Positions 24,783 to 38,529 of a stretch of 64,000 nt of DNA are shown here, one piece after another; position 1 is the first letter of the stretch; each line of letters begins with the position of its first letter. The stretch comes from Okamejei kenojei (taxonomy: Eukaryota). Location of the stretch: NCBI GenBank assembly GCA_035221665.1, contig CM069147.1, forward strand, positions 43,958,001 through 44,022,000. The letters are read 5' to 3'. A model generated the notes under the pieces. It made no database searches, was not told the origin of the DNA, and saw only the letters and a list, made by a program, of their open reading frames with translations. Position numbers and translations under genes: made by a program.

Positions 24783-27700
24783 AAAAAAAAAAATCTGTTA
24801 ATGTTTGCCTGAATCTTGCATTTCTGATTGCCTCACGGTGCTTACAATGTTAAAATAAACTGCTGGACATTAGTTATGGACTAGCGCTGAAAGATAATAA
24901 AATAGGAAATGGTTTAGATTTGAGTTAATGCTAAAAAACCATGTTCAACTTTTATTATACCTAAAACTTCCCCGAACTTCCTATCCATTCATTGACATCA
25001 ATTTGCTACCTTTTTAGAGTCCTTTTTTGGCGTTGTGCTTTCACACGTCAATGATGTGGGAACAGGAGAGGCTAAACCTTTACTTCATCTCCTATCGGCC
25101 TTAAAGGATCCTCAGGTGCCAATCAGAGTCCAAGGCAGGAAGAATGAATTAGATTACAATCAATGCTCCTTCTTAGGATTTTAGCAACTGAACACATATT
25201 CAAAAGGAAATGTATTTTTGAATAATATGCTCAAAACATAAAAAAATTAATATTTTAACCAAACTTCATGTAAAATTAAGACAAATTTGTATGATCAGAA
25301 TGCCTGTCCATCTTTGTAATTTTTATTTACCTTTAATCCCATAAGAATACTTTATTCATCCTGAAATTATTTGCCGAAAGGGAAATAAAGAGAAAACAAA
25401 AGATTAAAAGAAATAGAAAGCAAAAACCAAAAGAAATACTGTTTTAAACCTTTGAAGAAATGGGTATGCAAAAACCTTTGAGTGTTCAGGGCCAGAGAAA
25501 TTGTTTAGCTGTCTATTCGGTGTGAAACCAGTATGTGAATGTTGCAAATTCATGCCCTTGTGTACTTTGAATGGGAAGTCTATTGGCAAGGTATCGGTTT
25601 AACAAAGCTCGTGGAGGAGCTGGATAAATCACAGCAAGTTCCAGGTTTCTGCTTTTAACTGCACTCACTAGTCGATGTGGAGCTAGATGGTTCATTAAAG
25701 CAGAAAGCTGATGACTCGTCACTTTTTGTTATCACTAAAGCTGGCCCTTCAGAATGCAACTTTTCTTTCAACTTTGCAACAAATGGATAATTGGAAATTT
25801 CATCCCAGTCAGGTGGACCAAACACAGTCTACAGACATTATTGTCAATAGAATGAATTTCGGACGCAGAACAAGCTCTGATACAAATATAATATGAGTGC
25901 CACTGACACGATAAATTGCTAGACAATACTGTTTTTTTTTACTTTTTCTTCACAATTTATCATCCCAATGATAGTTAAGTAGTAAATATTACTGCACAGA
26001 ATTCCCTGCCACCTGCATCTTTGTTGTCATTTACAGCCTCATTGCAGACATTTTCATATACGGTTCAGCAAAACGTGATATATTTCCTAAATTTGCCTAC
26101 TTGTTACTCAACTAATTGCATGGCAGTAAAATCATGAAAATTAAGCTTCAGAAATTTACAAAAAAAAAATTTTGAATAGAAAAATCAATATTGCCAAAGA
26201 TTTTACAAAAATCAATGGAACCAATTTTATTACATATTATTTCTGATTAGTTTGAAATGATATTTTAGTTTTTGCAATATCATTCAAATAATAGAACAAT
26301 ATCAAATTATGTTAAATTGGGAACAAGCTTTAAAACATTGAGAAAAACTTTGTAGGAAAATCTTATTACTAACTGTAATCAAGGGATTGGTTACTATTAA
26401 AGATAGCAAATTACTCATGTGAAATAGCACGCGTCATTCTTTTTCTGCATTAAGATTGGAATTGTTCTAGGAGCTATAGTTATTTAATTTGTGTGCATTG
26501 AATATCATTGTATCACAACGCAAATGATATAAGAAACAGATTATGGCTGAGTGCCAGCTTGGTTCTAACTTAACTTTAAACACAGTTATTGAAACAGAAT
26601 TTACTAAATACTGTTGCAGAGCTGCATGTTAAAGGTGGAAAGAATCAAATCAGTTTAATCTTTCCTTACATTTTATACATTTCCTATCCTTCAGTTACAA
26701 AGAAGCCTTAACAGATGACACTCGGTGGAAAGTAGCTGCTCACAATGTTACATGTAGATGTGTATATAGTTGTGGAACTGAGATATGTGAGAACACATTT
26801 ATTTATTTATTTACCCCTCATGAGTGGGTTAAAAAAATAAATTGTTACTCGTTTACTTGGGAAGCAATCAATAGAGTATTTAGTACTGTGAGGAAGTATT
26901 TTATGGGTTATTTTTTCCAAAATATTTTTGTGGGTAAATGAATCCTTGCTCCTGACTCCACTCCCCCGCAACTTCCTTTGAAATAGAGAAACCTCGACAT
27001 CACCACATACAGTTTAGTACCACGTTCAGTCTATTTTGTTGTCGATTTAAGAATTATCTTTAGGAAATTCGGTAGCTTAATTTAATGCACTGGAATTCTG
27101 AGATTCAAATTGTTTTCTTCCCAATAGAGGCATGATCTGTCTGTGTTTAAAGGTAGGTAGAAAAATTACTGAAAATCTAGGTTTTGATGATGTCTGTGGT
27201 CTGACATCATTGAAATTATTGAATAGCGAAATAAAAGTCAGGATAAAATACTGAAGATTCATAATTCATAGGATTCACATGCAATAGGTGTTAAAAACAA
27301 TGTAGAACTATATAGTTTCTGATAGTTTCAGATTGTTAAAGGATCTGGTTTTAAAAGGAGATAGAGTTTAAAAAGTAGTAAGAATAACTTGCAGAAAAAA
27401 TAATTCTAAAAATATCAAATTTATATTCTGACGATCAAAACAAGTTTTATGTTGCTAAAACTATGGGAACATTTTCAGTGATAAAACATGGGTTGAAGAG
27501 ATGGAGGCTAGTGCATTGGCAGAAATGATTTACTTTAAAATGTTTTAACCCTTTTATTTTCTATTATAGATGTGAACACTGCATTTGTATTGCTGAAAAA
27601 TGTCAAGTATATTTGATTTTTGGATCTGGGGTTAAAGTAGTTTATTGAATATCATCTCCTCTGCACACACTTAATTTATAGAAAGCTTCAACTTTGCAAT

Positions 27701-30700
27701 TTGCAATGGTTTAGAGATTCAAATCTGTATACAAAAAGAATCCCTTCTATTAATAACTTTGTGTAATCCCCTGTTCATGAAACAGGGAGACTTCATTTGA
27801 TTATAAATACTTGGTAATTATTAGGTGCAGCTTTAGTTTAATATGATAACGTTTGAAATAGTTTGAATGCCTGCTTTGCTTTGGCTGGTTTTGAGAATCA
27901 GTTTGTAAACTAGAAATCAGTATGATATCTGCTCAAAATCACTCAATCGGAATAATATATTTTAATTGCAATATATATTAAATTTAACATTTCTCATTGC
28001 ATTTGGCTAACTTTATTCATGAAACTTAAATCCCCTTAAATTGTTTTTATTTTAAGAATAATATTCTTTCATTCAAGATATCTAAAGCATAATGCCACTA
28101 TAATGAAGGCTATATAGTGAAATTCTTCAACAACACTTTTTCTTGAAGAATTGCACAGTTAAAATGGATCTATGTTACCGTGTTTCCCTTCAGATCTGGG
28201 ACTGCAACCATATTTCTTAATTAAAATGAAAACAAAAACAATATTGAATAAAGCAGGCTGGCGGAAGCAATTTTGAGTGTGGCCGTGTGAATGAGCCATG
28301 GGTGCATACTGTAGAAGCAAGATTTTTGCAAGGTTCCGTTTTGGGAATTGAATCTACCTAAAATCACTCCAGCCTTTCAGTCGGATTAAAGCCACACATG
28401 TTCTTCTTCAGGCATTCTTGCTAGTTGAGTTGAAAGATAAAATCACAGAAAGTTTTCTCGTTCATAATTACATTTAAATAATTAAAATGGCATATCCCAC
28501 AGCTTTTAAAAACGGATCTGCTTTTGGAGCACACCTATTCTATCAGTGCAAGCTAGTCAGCTTTATAAGTGATATACTTTGTATACTTTAGCAGACGAGG
28601 ATTAACGGGAGTTGGTGCTCAACTTTAAACCTTTGCTGTATTGCCCTTTATCCTTTGATAAAGATTTTTTAAGAGTATGTATTTGTTAATATGTTTCAGA
28701 GGGCTTGCAGATAAGGAATGTGTACTTAAATTGTGGAGATTTGTGTTCTTGTACTTGTTCTCATTTTGTTCTCTTCCAGACTGAAAGCTCATATCCTATA
28801 GTTGGCAGGCTGGGATCATCTGGACAACTGGCATCTCTTTGACCACCATCAGTGCTGCTTCATGATCTGCCAGCAACAGCCATAACTCACCAGTGCAAGA
28901 TAGATTATGTCTTTTGCTTTCCCCCCATAACACACAAGCTAGATAATCTGACCAAAGGCCAGTGACATTTATCCAGCAAAGGTATGTGGCAGATAATACT
29001 GCAAAGATTGATAAAGAAACAAGTATTCTGATGCTTGTAATCTACATGATGCAACAAATAAAATGAACAACTTAAATGGAAACATACTTGATAATACAAA
29101 CTCATGTTATCCAGTGTGCTAATGATGCTATGTTTCTGACCACTTTATCCTTTATATCATTAGTGATAGGATGGTTGGGAATCATTAGCACATGTCTTAT
29201 CTACCTGTAAAATGTATTTTACATTTGCTGCTTTTTTAATTAGCAAATAAATAACACGTCCTGCAAAATCTGTAAATGGCAAGAGACTTCACCTTTTAAT
29301 CGTGTTCATCTTTCATCTGCGTGCATTCTGAAACAGTGAAACATTTTCACAATCCGTGAGCTAGTCTTCGCTCCTCCACACACTATCAGGCCCATGTCGC
29401 CTTACACCAGAGCACCATGGATCACAGCCGCAATCACTGCAATGCCACAAACACATTAATGGATTAACAACCACGCAGAGAGAAGGATGTATTCCTCAAC
29501 CACTCTTTCCCCCCAGGAATGTCGGAAATCATTCATCCTCTTGCTGATATTGATATTTGGATCAAAACATCAAAACAGCCAATATTCCAAATTCAACAAA
29601 CTTGTTAATATATCTTAATTGGCCCAGGTTACAAATTCCGTTTCTTTCTGCAGCTTGCAGACATGAATTTGATAAGATATTTGCTCGGTGTCAGTGAAAT
29701 ATCGAGTAAATCCGACATTAGTGCAAACAGTTAACATTTAAGAATCTTGACACACAGTGAGTCCACATGTGTATGGCAGATGTGTGGACATAAGCTTGGC
29801 ATTCTCTGAGAACCACCCGATAGTTACATGGCGGCTGGTAGTTGATTTTATTAATACATAAAGGTCAATCACTATGGGACTTGCATTCTACCATACAGGG
29901 AAGAGAGGTTCTCCTGAATGCAATTCTGACGTTACTGTTTAACTTATCATGTAGATTATTGAGTGCCATAAATCTGACCATTAACCTGCTTTTGCAAAAT
30001 TAAAAGATAGCTTTAATTTATTTTTAAATCCAGTGTAAGAATGAAAGATGCCGTTGAACACGAGGAGAAAGTAACATATCTTCATCCATTGCTGCATTTT
30101 CTTTTGCCAAGAATAATCACTGTAAAACTGGCCAGTGTATTATGACAGATTTGCCAGATTCCACTGTTCGAATATTCCTGACTTCTTAAATAAGTCCATG
30201 CACTGCTGCTGGCATATGATTGATTGAAATGCCCTACGGAGTATTGAGATGATTCCAAGCTAGTTTAAAATGGAAGCTCGTTCTTTGTTTTCTAAAGGAA
30301 ATCTAACAAACTCAACTAAAACATTAACCACGTGTGATTGGACAGTATCTATTCCAAGTACTTGTGACTTTACTCGCTTTTATGGTCTCAATTAAAAAAA
30401 GATGCCTGTTTTTTTCACAGATGGCAAATGGTAGTATTTGAACACATTGAGAGTTTTAGTAGGATCATGCAGTAATATACCGATAATGATTCTTATATCC
30501 CTGCTGTATCAGTGCAGCATATCAGCACCTGTGGTGAATGGGACACTTATGTCGTATTTGTTCTTGAACTATAATGAAACATCACAAAAGCTATTTTTAG
30601 ATTCCAGAGAAGTCAGAATAAGAATTTGATGGTGAGATTCCACTACAACACCCGTACGTTAACAAAGGTACCCACATCCACTTTCGTACTCTGACCTGAT

Positions 30701-31029
30701 CCTTCTTGAGAATGGATTTGTTTACAGCTCTCAACTTGCATGCGAGATACAAAAATATTGATTTTTACCATGCATGCATAATCGTTCTAGCTCATCTTAA
30801 CTTTCTCCTTCCTTTGTTGTAGACAGTAAAGAGAAAACCTTGCCCTCTCAGAAACATTATATCTCTATTAGTAATATTTTCATAAATAATTTAGTGCAAA
30901 TTGATTTGATTTTTTACCCCAATCATTAACCAAATTCCAGGGGTCATTTCCTGTACTTCAAAAGTATTGAATTGTAGTGAATGTTATGAGTCAAGTTATC
31001 TTACAGCATGAGAACACATTTCATCTTTT

Positions 31030-31348
31030 CATACTTCCGTACAACATTAAAGGAGGCCATTTTGACCCATTGCATCGGTGCCGGATCATCAGAACAATCC
31101 CATTCTCCCAATAATTTCCCCTGTAAACCTATTCCTCCCACTTTCCCGTCAATCCTCCTGGATTCTTCCACCCATCTGTATACAAAGGGACAATTGACAA
31201 TGGCCAATTAACCAACCAACCGGCTCACCTTTGGGATGTTGGAGGAAACCAGAGCACCTATGGGAAACCAATTACAGCCACAGGGAGAAAATACAACTCT
31301 ACATGGACAGCAGCTGAGGTCAGAATTGAACCAGGTCACTGGGGCTGT
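31030..31348 (-). mobile_element. Older V-SINE
   Basis: ggccaattaacc..ctttgggatgttggaggaaaccagagcacc core. Confidence 0.7.
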
Positions 31349-31564
31349 CTACAACAAAGGAGGGATAAAGTTAAGATAAGCTGGACTGATTATCCATGCC
31401 TGGTAAAAATCAATCTCTTTGTATCTCGCATGCAAGTTGAGAGCTGTAAACAATTTTCAAGAGTTTGGAATTTTTGCAAATATTTGCAAACAACTGCATC
31501 TAAATTACCTTCAGATTTAGTGTCCATATACAAACAATGAGACCGTGAGTAGATGAATCCTATA

Positions 31565-31670
31565 CAATACGATGCGCCACGATACGATAGAACTGTATTA
31601 ATCCCATGAGGGAAATTGATCTGACAGCAGTGATCAAACACAGAAAGATACATGAAACATGAAATAGGCA
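31565..31670 (-). mobile_element. Probable Rex1/Babar-like LINE 3' tail
   Basis: (cgata)n-like tail plus tattaatcccatgagggaaatt; from recall only. Confidence 0.4.
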
Positions 31671-32895
31671 TTCAGGGAGCCTATAGGCCATCATATTAGT
31701 TGTAGATTCCTTTCCCTCCTAATTATGATCATTTTCATGTTAGCACCATTGTAAGAAGTAGGAGGAATACAGAGGCAACGAAAATTAGAATAGAAACTAA
31801 AGATAAAAGAGATGTATACCCATTCTGGAATATGCCACAAGCTTAATAGTCAGAGAAACTACTGTTATAATTCTTAAAGACAAAAATAAAGTTCTTATAT
31901 TTGTATTTTACAAATAGTTTTCATTGGAACGATGGCCAGAATCATAGGATTGAAATTGGTTAGCTCTTGAGAATGGATAATGGGATCAGAGAGTGCAATT
32001 AACCTGTGCCAGCTGCATTAATACCGACAACAACTTCTTCCTTCCAGCATATTTGTGTGATTGCTATGTAGAGCCAGTGTTAACCACTCTATTCATTGGC
32101 CGAGTGCCTCAACAGGGAACAAAACCATGAGTGACTGGTACCACTTAAAGCTACTTGGAGCCAAGAGCAGGAACATGCATTGTGATGGTTGTAAGTGCTG
32201 GTTGCTCTGGAACTCATTCTGACCTGGGATACACCGAAGATGGAGCTGTGTGCGAGAGAGAGAGAGGACTCTACATGTCTTGACATTACTTCCTTGGAAG
32301 CATTTATTGGAGGAGAGGAGGAAAAAGCAGAGGAGGAGAGATAAGGGTTCTTCCAGAAGGGACAGGATATCCTCACAGTTAGCCATGGAGTTCAAAACAA
32401 GAATCAAGCCCCATGTTCCTGTAGCCAGGAAAGTTTTTCAGATTGGAAAGAATTGTTCCTGAACCATTTCTTTTTCAGTGACCTCTGCAGAAACATTTAC
32501 TAATTGCAATGATCTCACTTTTCTGAGAAAGATCTTCTTGACTGAATAGACTTTCCTTTCGCCATGTTCTTGTAGAAGAAAATCCAAATGTAATTTGTCT
32601 AATATTCAGTTGAATCAAAGAAGAGCTTTGATTGAAAATCTCCTATTTGGAAATATTAGTTTTTATGAAATTTACAATTTTGTTTATAAAATGAAATATT
32701 ATAAATAGTATCACATGAAGGGAACTTAGGCTTATTTGATATGAAGACAAACACCATATTGATCTGCGCATTTGGTGAAATTTATTTAGCCTTGGCAGCA
32801 GGTTGTTTATTTTGGGTGGATTATTTTGGTTATCAATTAATCTCAGTGCTTGGAGAACACTTAGGGGGAAAAAAAACTGGCCATTATTAACAACT

Positions 32896-32949
32896 GGGGT
32901 GGGAGATTGCAACCTTTGCTTGGTCCGCCCAGTTTTGACCAATGCAATC
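32896..32949 (+). ncRNA. HDV-like ribozyme fold, partly decayed (predicted)
   Basis: GGGGUGG-GA-GAUUGCA-ACC-UUUGCUU-GGU-CCGCCCA-G-U(UUUG)A-CCAA-UGCAAUC; P2 and P3 intact, L3 and the G1 partner altered. Confidence 0.65.
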
Positions 32950-33035
32950 AACCTGACGTGCACGAACAAATAGATCAAATAGAACAAGTTGATTTTCAGC
33001 TTTAGGCTGTGCACGCCATACGCAAGAAGAAGAAG
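32896..33035 (+). mobile_element. Second copy of the ~140-bp HDV-like-ribozyme retroelement
   Basis: Starts GGGGTGGGAGATTGCAACC and ends GCCATACGCAAGAAGAAGAAG; TSD TTAACAACT at 32887-32895 and 33037-33045. Confidence 0.82.
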
Positions 33036-33103
33036 TTTAACAACTGCAGAGGAAAGGTGCGGTTAAATAAAATAAAGGCCTAGAAACAACTCCGTGATGG
33101 TCT

Positions 33104-33294
33104 GTGTAGGAAGGAACTGCAGATGCTGGTTTACACTAAAGATAGACACAAAATGCTGGTGTAACTCAGCGAGACAGGCAGCATCTCTGGAGAGAAGGAA
33201 TGGGTGATGTTCCAGGTCTGAAACGTCACCCATTCCTTCCCTCCAGGGAGGCTGCCTGTCTCGCTGAGTTACTCCAGCATTTTGTGTCTATCTT
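33104..33294. mobile_element. Penelope-derived fold-back element with the hammerhead core deleted
   Basis: 73-bp inverted arms 33139-33211/33222-33294 with 5 mismatches and a 10-nt loop. Confidence 0.85.
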
Positions 33295-34116
33295 CTATGA
33301 TGCTCAGTTGTTGCCTGTACAGAATTGTGGACCATCTCAATCCTGTTTGTAAAAAGCACACAGAATGTGAGAATTTCAGTTCTGAGGACGACAGAGGAGC
33401 TTTGTTGACTTTTCTCTGTGATGCCGATGTTATGTTGATAATCACATTTTTAGTTTGAGTGTGGCCACCTCAACTGATGTTCTGCAAATTCTTACTGCCT
33501 CAACATGGAGTACAGCATGTATGATTTTTGTGTTCAGGTTTTAAAGGGGGAGACCACTGTACAAGCAACACTCTTCCAACTACTGAGGAATGTTGCAACA
33601 TCATAAATAAATGCTGCAGTTAGGGAGATGATGAGGGATGGGGGGAGAGTCCTAGTGGGTCAAGGAGTCCTTGAGAAGTAGTGAAGATTAATGTCTGCAG
33701 GAGGCATGCACTTTGTCGACATGGTCACACTCCTGGTTGCTGAGGACGTTTCCCTATGGATATGAGTACAATCTCAAATACCTGTACTTTCAAGAAACCT
33801 GCAATGCAAGAAAATACCTGGCTAACCAACTATGCCCCTGGGCTGCAGGCAAAGTAGATGAAATCTCCACTCCTTAAGTGTGCAGTTTGTATAACTTCCC
33901 TATTGTAGCAGTGTGCAGCAACTTATGGTGTGGCAACCTGGAATAATCCTAAAACCGGAAAGCTGATAGTGATCCTGATGTCCATGTTCTAGGCAGTAAT
34001 GAAACGTGTGATGTTGGTTAGGAGGTCAGAAGGCAGCTCGAGTGTTGCCTCTTTAAATTGTGCAATTTCTGGCAAAATGTGTTTGGTAATGCCTAGTTAT
34101 TATTATTTGAGTAGAT

Positions 34117-34231
34117 AAAAGGAACTGCAGGTGCTGGAATCTTGCATACAGCACAAAATGCTGGAGTAACTCAGCGGGACAGGCAGCATCTCTGGAGAGA
34201 AAGAATGGGTGAAGTTTCAGGTCGAGACCCT
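34117..34231 (-). mobile_element. Penelope-derived short element, truncated within the hammerhead motif
   Basis: aaggaactgcag..cacaaaatgctggagtaactcagcgggacaggcagcatctctggagag..tttcaggtcgagaccct. Confidence 0.8.
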
Positions 34232-36162
34232 AATAGGAACTGGCATTTTTCAGACCATTTTGGTTGCAAATCTCACTGCAGACATGTTGCACTAGTGTTG
34301 ATGCCATTTGAAGAAAATTTATTTTAGGAACAATTGCAATGGAAAACCTTCAAAATATGTGGAGGAAATTTCTCAATGGAAATCTTCCAGCCCAAAATAT
34401 CAGTCCTTAATTTCATCCTTCAAATTACTATATGCAAGGAAGTTGTACAATATGTACAATTATTCCTAAAGATATGATGTTGACACAAGACCATCCAGTG
34501 GAATAGGATAGTAATTGGATTCTACCATTCAATTTGGGCCATATGATTTTGGATACTTCAGATCATTTATTAAAAGTAGCAGTGGAGAGGAAGCGTAAGT
34601 GATTCAGAATCTTAGCTGTGAGATAGATAAAGAAGCTGGTAAGTTTATTAAAATTAATCAGAAATATTAAATAAGAGAACAAAGCCTTTATCATCAACTC
34701 AACAACTAAACTGCTCAGAAGAATTATTCTAATTAACCTTGAAATAGCAAAATGCTTGACCAGTGTTCTAGTTCATTACATACATTATTCATTTTATTTT
34801 AAACTCCAGATCGCAAATTAAAATACCTTTCAACAATCAAATCAAAAGTTACATCTCGCCCAGGACTAGATTGAACATACTTTTAAAACAATAAATATCT
34901 GTTACACCCTCAAGTCAGAATTTAATCTGACTGAGAAGTGACTTCATAGGTTAATGTGTATCTGCCAAGTTTATAATATGCAAAGGCACTAACAGATTAG
35001 AAATTTTATTGGCAGCCCTATTTTTCTTAATTCCTTGAAATATGGAAGGAAACCATAATATTTTGACATGTAAGTGAATTGTCAATTGGATCTGCAAAGC
35101 ACAAGTGGTTATAACTGTCACCTGAACCCTGAAGTGTTAATCGCGATATGTTCGAGCACTCTTTAGCTTCTGATTTACTTCATGATTGCGATGGAAATTG
35201 ATACGTTACCCCTCATTTGATCAAAGGACAAGGTTTAAGTTTCCAACTCCTGTGGCACAATATCAAAGTCTGCTGACTCTCCCAAGAAATTACTTGCAGG
35301 AAACATCATAGACTTGGTGGCCTGGTTGGAAATACTGATTTTTCTATTGTGTGAGAAGATATTTTGCAATTTAAAATAGGAAATGGATCAAAATCGAATA
35401 CAACTTTCACCCCCTCTCAATTGTTGCTGCCTCCTGTTCTGCCGTCATAGTGCAAACAGAGGTCGAGGCTTTGAAAGAAAATTACAGTGGGGTACACAAA
35501 TTGAGGAATGACTTAGTCAATAATGAAAGGAGGGGAAGTAAATTAATTTTTGACTAGCTGATGGTTGGAATAAAATGTTTTGAAATTTTGCAATACTTAC
35601 AGGAAACGAGCAACATATTATGTTATGCATTTATTGCTCTAATGAATAATATTGTCAATACATTTTAGTTCATTGCAGAAGTTCAAATAGTCACAGACAA
35701 TGCAGAGGCCAGTTTCCCGTAATAAAATAAAACTGATAACTTCTTTCACACGGCTTCTAGTGACCATCCCAGCAGCAGCATTGACATGAGGCTCTGAGAT
35801 CATTGGCTGTCCATTATCTCTCTTGGATGACAGCAAGTGTGTGAGTGAAGATTAGGACTTAGAGCAAACATTAATTTTAAATGGCAAAATGTGTGATAGA
35901 AAACTGATGAATGAAGGTATAAAATAATAACTCAGACAAGAATAAACCGATGAGAAAGAAATGACTTAAAGCAAGAGAAAACAGAGACAAATTTAACCTT
36001 TAATGCAGGAGCTAAAAACATAAATAGGCAGTTTATTTTACACACTAGCTTTCTTTCACAATAGTGCTAGGTGTGAAACCAATTGCCGACTGCTCTTGTC
36101 CTTTTTTTAAAAACAAATTTAACAACTAATTGCTCTCTGAAAAGGCTTAAACAGAGATTAAA

Positions 36163-36262
36163 AACAGAAAATGCTATGAGTACTCAGCAGATAAGGAGGC
36201 ATTTAAAGAAGTAAGGAAGTGAAGTTAACGTTTCAGGTTGATGAGGTTCATCAACCTGAAAT
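36163..36262. mobile_element. Older Penelope-end-like element with a 14-bp perfect hairpin
   Basis: gaaaatgct..tactcagcag..ttaacgTTTCAGGTTGATGA-ggt-TCATCAACCTGAAA. Confidence 0.5.
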
Positions 36263-36524
36263 GAGAAGTATATGCGACAGAATGCTAATATTTACCCAGC
36301 TGTGGTACCTTCTTTGTCAGAAGGTGGTAGTGTTTATTGTGTACTTTTACAAAGGTGCAATCTGTGCATTATGGTGCTCTTCCTATCCACAGTATTTTCC
36401 AACTGTTGTTGATGGGATACCTGACCACATATAAATCGCACATTGTGAGCACCTATTGTTTCACTTCATCTATGGTATGTCTGGAAACTTAAACTACAAA
36501 TCATGGATTATTGGATTATTCAAT

Positions 36525-36814
36525 TTTAGGTTTAGTTTAGTGATACAGCGCGGAAACAGACCCTTCGGCCCACCGAGTCCGCACCGACCAGCAATCCCCA
36601 CACATTAACCCCATCCTACACACACTAGGGACAATTACACATACACCAAGCCAATTAACCTATATACCTGTACGTCTTTGGAGTGTGGGAGGAAACCAAA
36701 GATCTCGGAGGAAACCCATGTGGTCACGGGGAGAACGTACAAACTCTGCACAGACAGCACCCGTAGTCGGGATTGAACCCGGGTCTCCGGCGATGCAAGT
36801 GCTGTAACTTCCGC
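36525..36814 (-). mobile_element. HE1-type V-SINE
   Basis: (TTTAG)n tail, V-domain and B-box; followed by a C-rich tract at 36828-36896. Confidence 0.9.
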
Positions 36815-36919
36815 AATACACAACCCTTCCCCCCTCTCCCCCCTGCCCCCCTCTCCCCCCTCCCCCCTGCACCCCCCCCCCCCCCCCCCCCCCCCCATCT
36901 AGTAAAAGTTTGTTAATTG

Positions 36920-37170
36920 GTTCCACAGTTCACATCTATATATTTCTCTTGGGCTCACATAATCTCCAGCCAACAACTAGCCTATCAGGGAACCTCCTTG
37001 TCATCTGTTGCCGGCTCTAATTTGCCATTATTTTTCATTCTTCACTTCCACAATTTTCCCCCCAAATCTATATTCTACAAACAGTCTGAAGAAGAGTCCC
37101 GACCCGAAGCATCACATATCCATTTTCTCCAGAGATGCTGCCTGACCCATTGAGTTATTCTAGCATTTTG
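36920..37170 (+). mobile_element. Penelope 3' end with degenerate hammerhead motif
   Basis: CTGAAGAAGAGTCCCGACCCGAAGCATC at 37086 plus the family tail. Confidence 0.7.
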
Positions 37171-37675
37171 TTGGATGTACAATGCGCTGTAAAGTCTGAG
37201 CCTGGAATCTGGGCCAGAATCAGGGCCTGGAGAAGGTCATGGTGTTGGGTATGGAGAATATAGTTGGATAGAGCAGAATCTAGTGTGGAAAATCTGTAAA
37301 CTTCTTGGAAAAGCGCTAATGGACTATTTAAATGCAGATGTGTTCGCACAATGAACATTACACATGGAGAATTTTAAATGTTTGAGTCACAGTTAATATG
37401 TTTTGCTCAGCTGGTTAAATAAATCTTTGCACAATGATAGATGGCAATTATTATTCTGCAATAACAATTCACAGTGGACTTATCAATAATCAACAGGAAA
37501 TTAGTTCTTTCTAGACCTCTACACGATGCAGCCTTTTCTAACGACCACATCGTGAGAATTTGAAGCTGCTTGGCAGGAGGGAGCTTCAACCCTGGAGCAG
37601 ATGGTTTGTTATTTGGAAGGAGTGTGGTGGCAGAACAGATGGATAAACATAGAAGGACATGGAGATGGGTTGGAT

Positions 37676-37790
37676 TAGTCATGTGATTGGAGTAGAATTA
37701 GGCCATTTGGCCCATCAAGTTTACTCCGCCATTCAATCGTGGCTGATCTATCTCTCCTTCCTAACCCCATTCTCCTGCCTTCTCCCCGTA
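37676..37790 (-). mobile_element. CR1 3'UTR fragment
   Basis: ggccatttggcccatc..gccattcaatcgtggctgatct..ctgccttctccccgta, matching the 3'UTR of the 17835-18381 copy. Confidence 0.75.
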
Positions 37791-37892
37791 GTAGAATAGT
37801 GGCACATTTGTTGATGCGATGAATGGACGAACAATGTTTGCTGAAGATACCTGTCATTGTGTAAGGATGAGGCTGAATGTCTGGATCCTGGA

Positions 37893-38155
37893 GACCTGAA
37901 GAAGGGTCTCAGCCCGAAACGTTCCTACCCTCCAGAGATGCTGCCTTTCCCGCTGAGTTACTCCAGCATTGTGTGTCGACTCACCTATTTGTCCCACCCC
38001 AACCTCTCTTTTACAGCTTTTTCCCACTACTACATTCAGTCTGAAGAAGGTTTCTGAACCGAAACATCACATATCTCTGTCCTCCAAGAATGCTGCCTGA
38101 CCCGCTGAATTATTGCAACATTTTGTGTTTAAAAAAAAAATAGCATCTGCAGTTG
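37893..38155 (+). mobile_element. Tandem pair of Penelope-end hammerhead units
   Basis: Cores at 37896 (GGGT-CTCA-GCCC) and 38041 (GGTT-TCTG-AACC), 145 nt apart. Confidence 0.75.
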
Positions 38156-38529
38156 CTGGAGACCACGCTCTGGAATTCATCAGATGTCATGCTTGCAATA
38201 CACCTGCAACTGGATCCAAATTTGAGCTGTGCATGTCATCACACTGCTCAGGTGGTCTGGCAATGGAGTCTAGAAATAAATCAAGGACATGATAAAATCA
38301 AAGTGACTCCAAAATGCATGCTGCAGAACATCTCCTGTATGTTGTCTCATGGGCCTGCCACCACACACCCATTTCCCCACCAACCTTGAGCCACATCTCC
38401 AACCTCCTCCACCTATCCACACTACCTCCAGCGGAACAGGAATATAAATGTCTATCCTTTCGGTGAATATTGATGACTAAGCTTCAGTATCAATCAACTC
38501 AAAATCATGCCATCTGCATTGAGCCAGAT

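Noticed and set aside
32089-32462. Arg/Glu-rich ORF 32250-32462 and antisense Ser-rich ORFs
   Set aside because: Explained by purine-rich low complexity; no convincing splice sites or homology
36635-36926. Gly-rich minus-strand ORFs
   Set aside because: Translation of a C homopolymer tract plus an HE1 SINE
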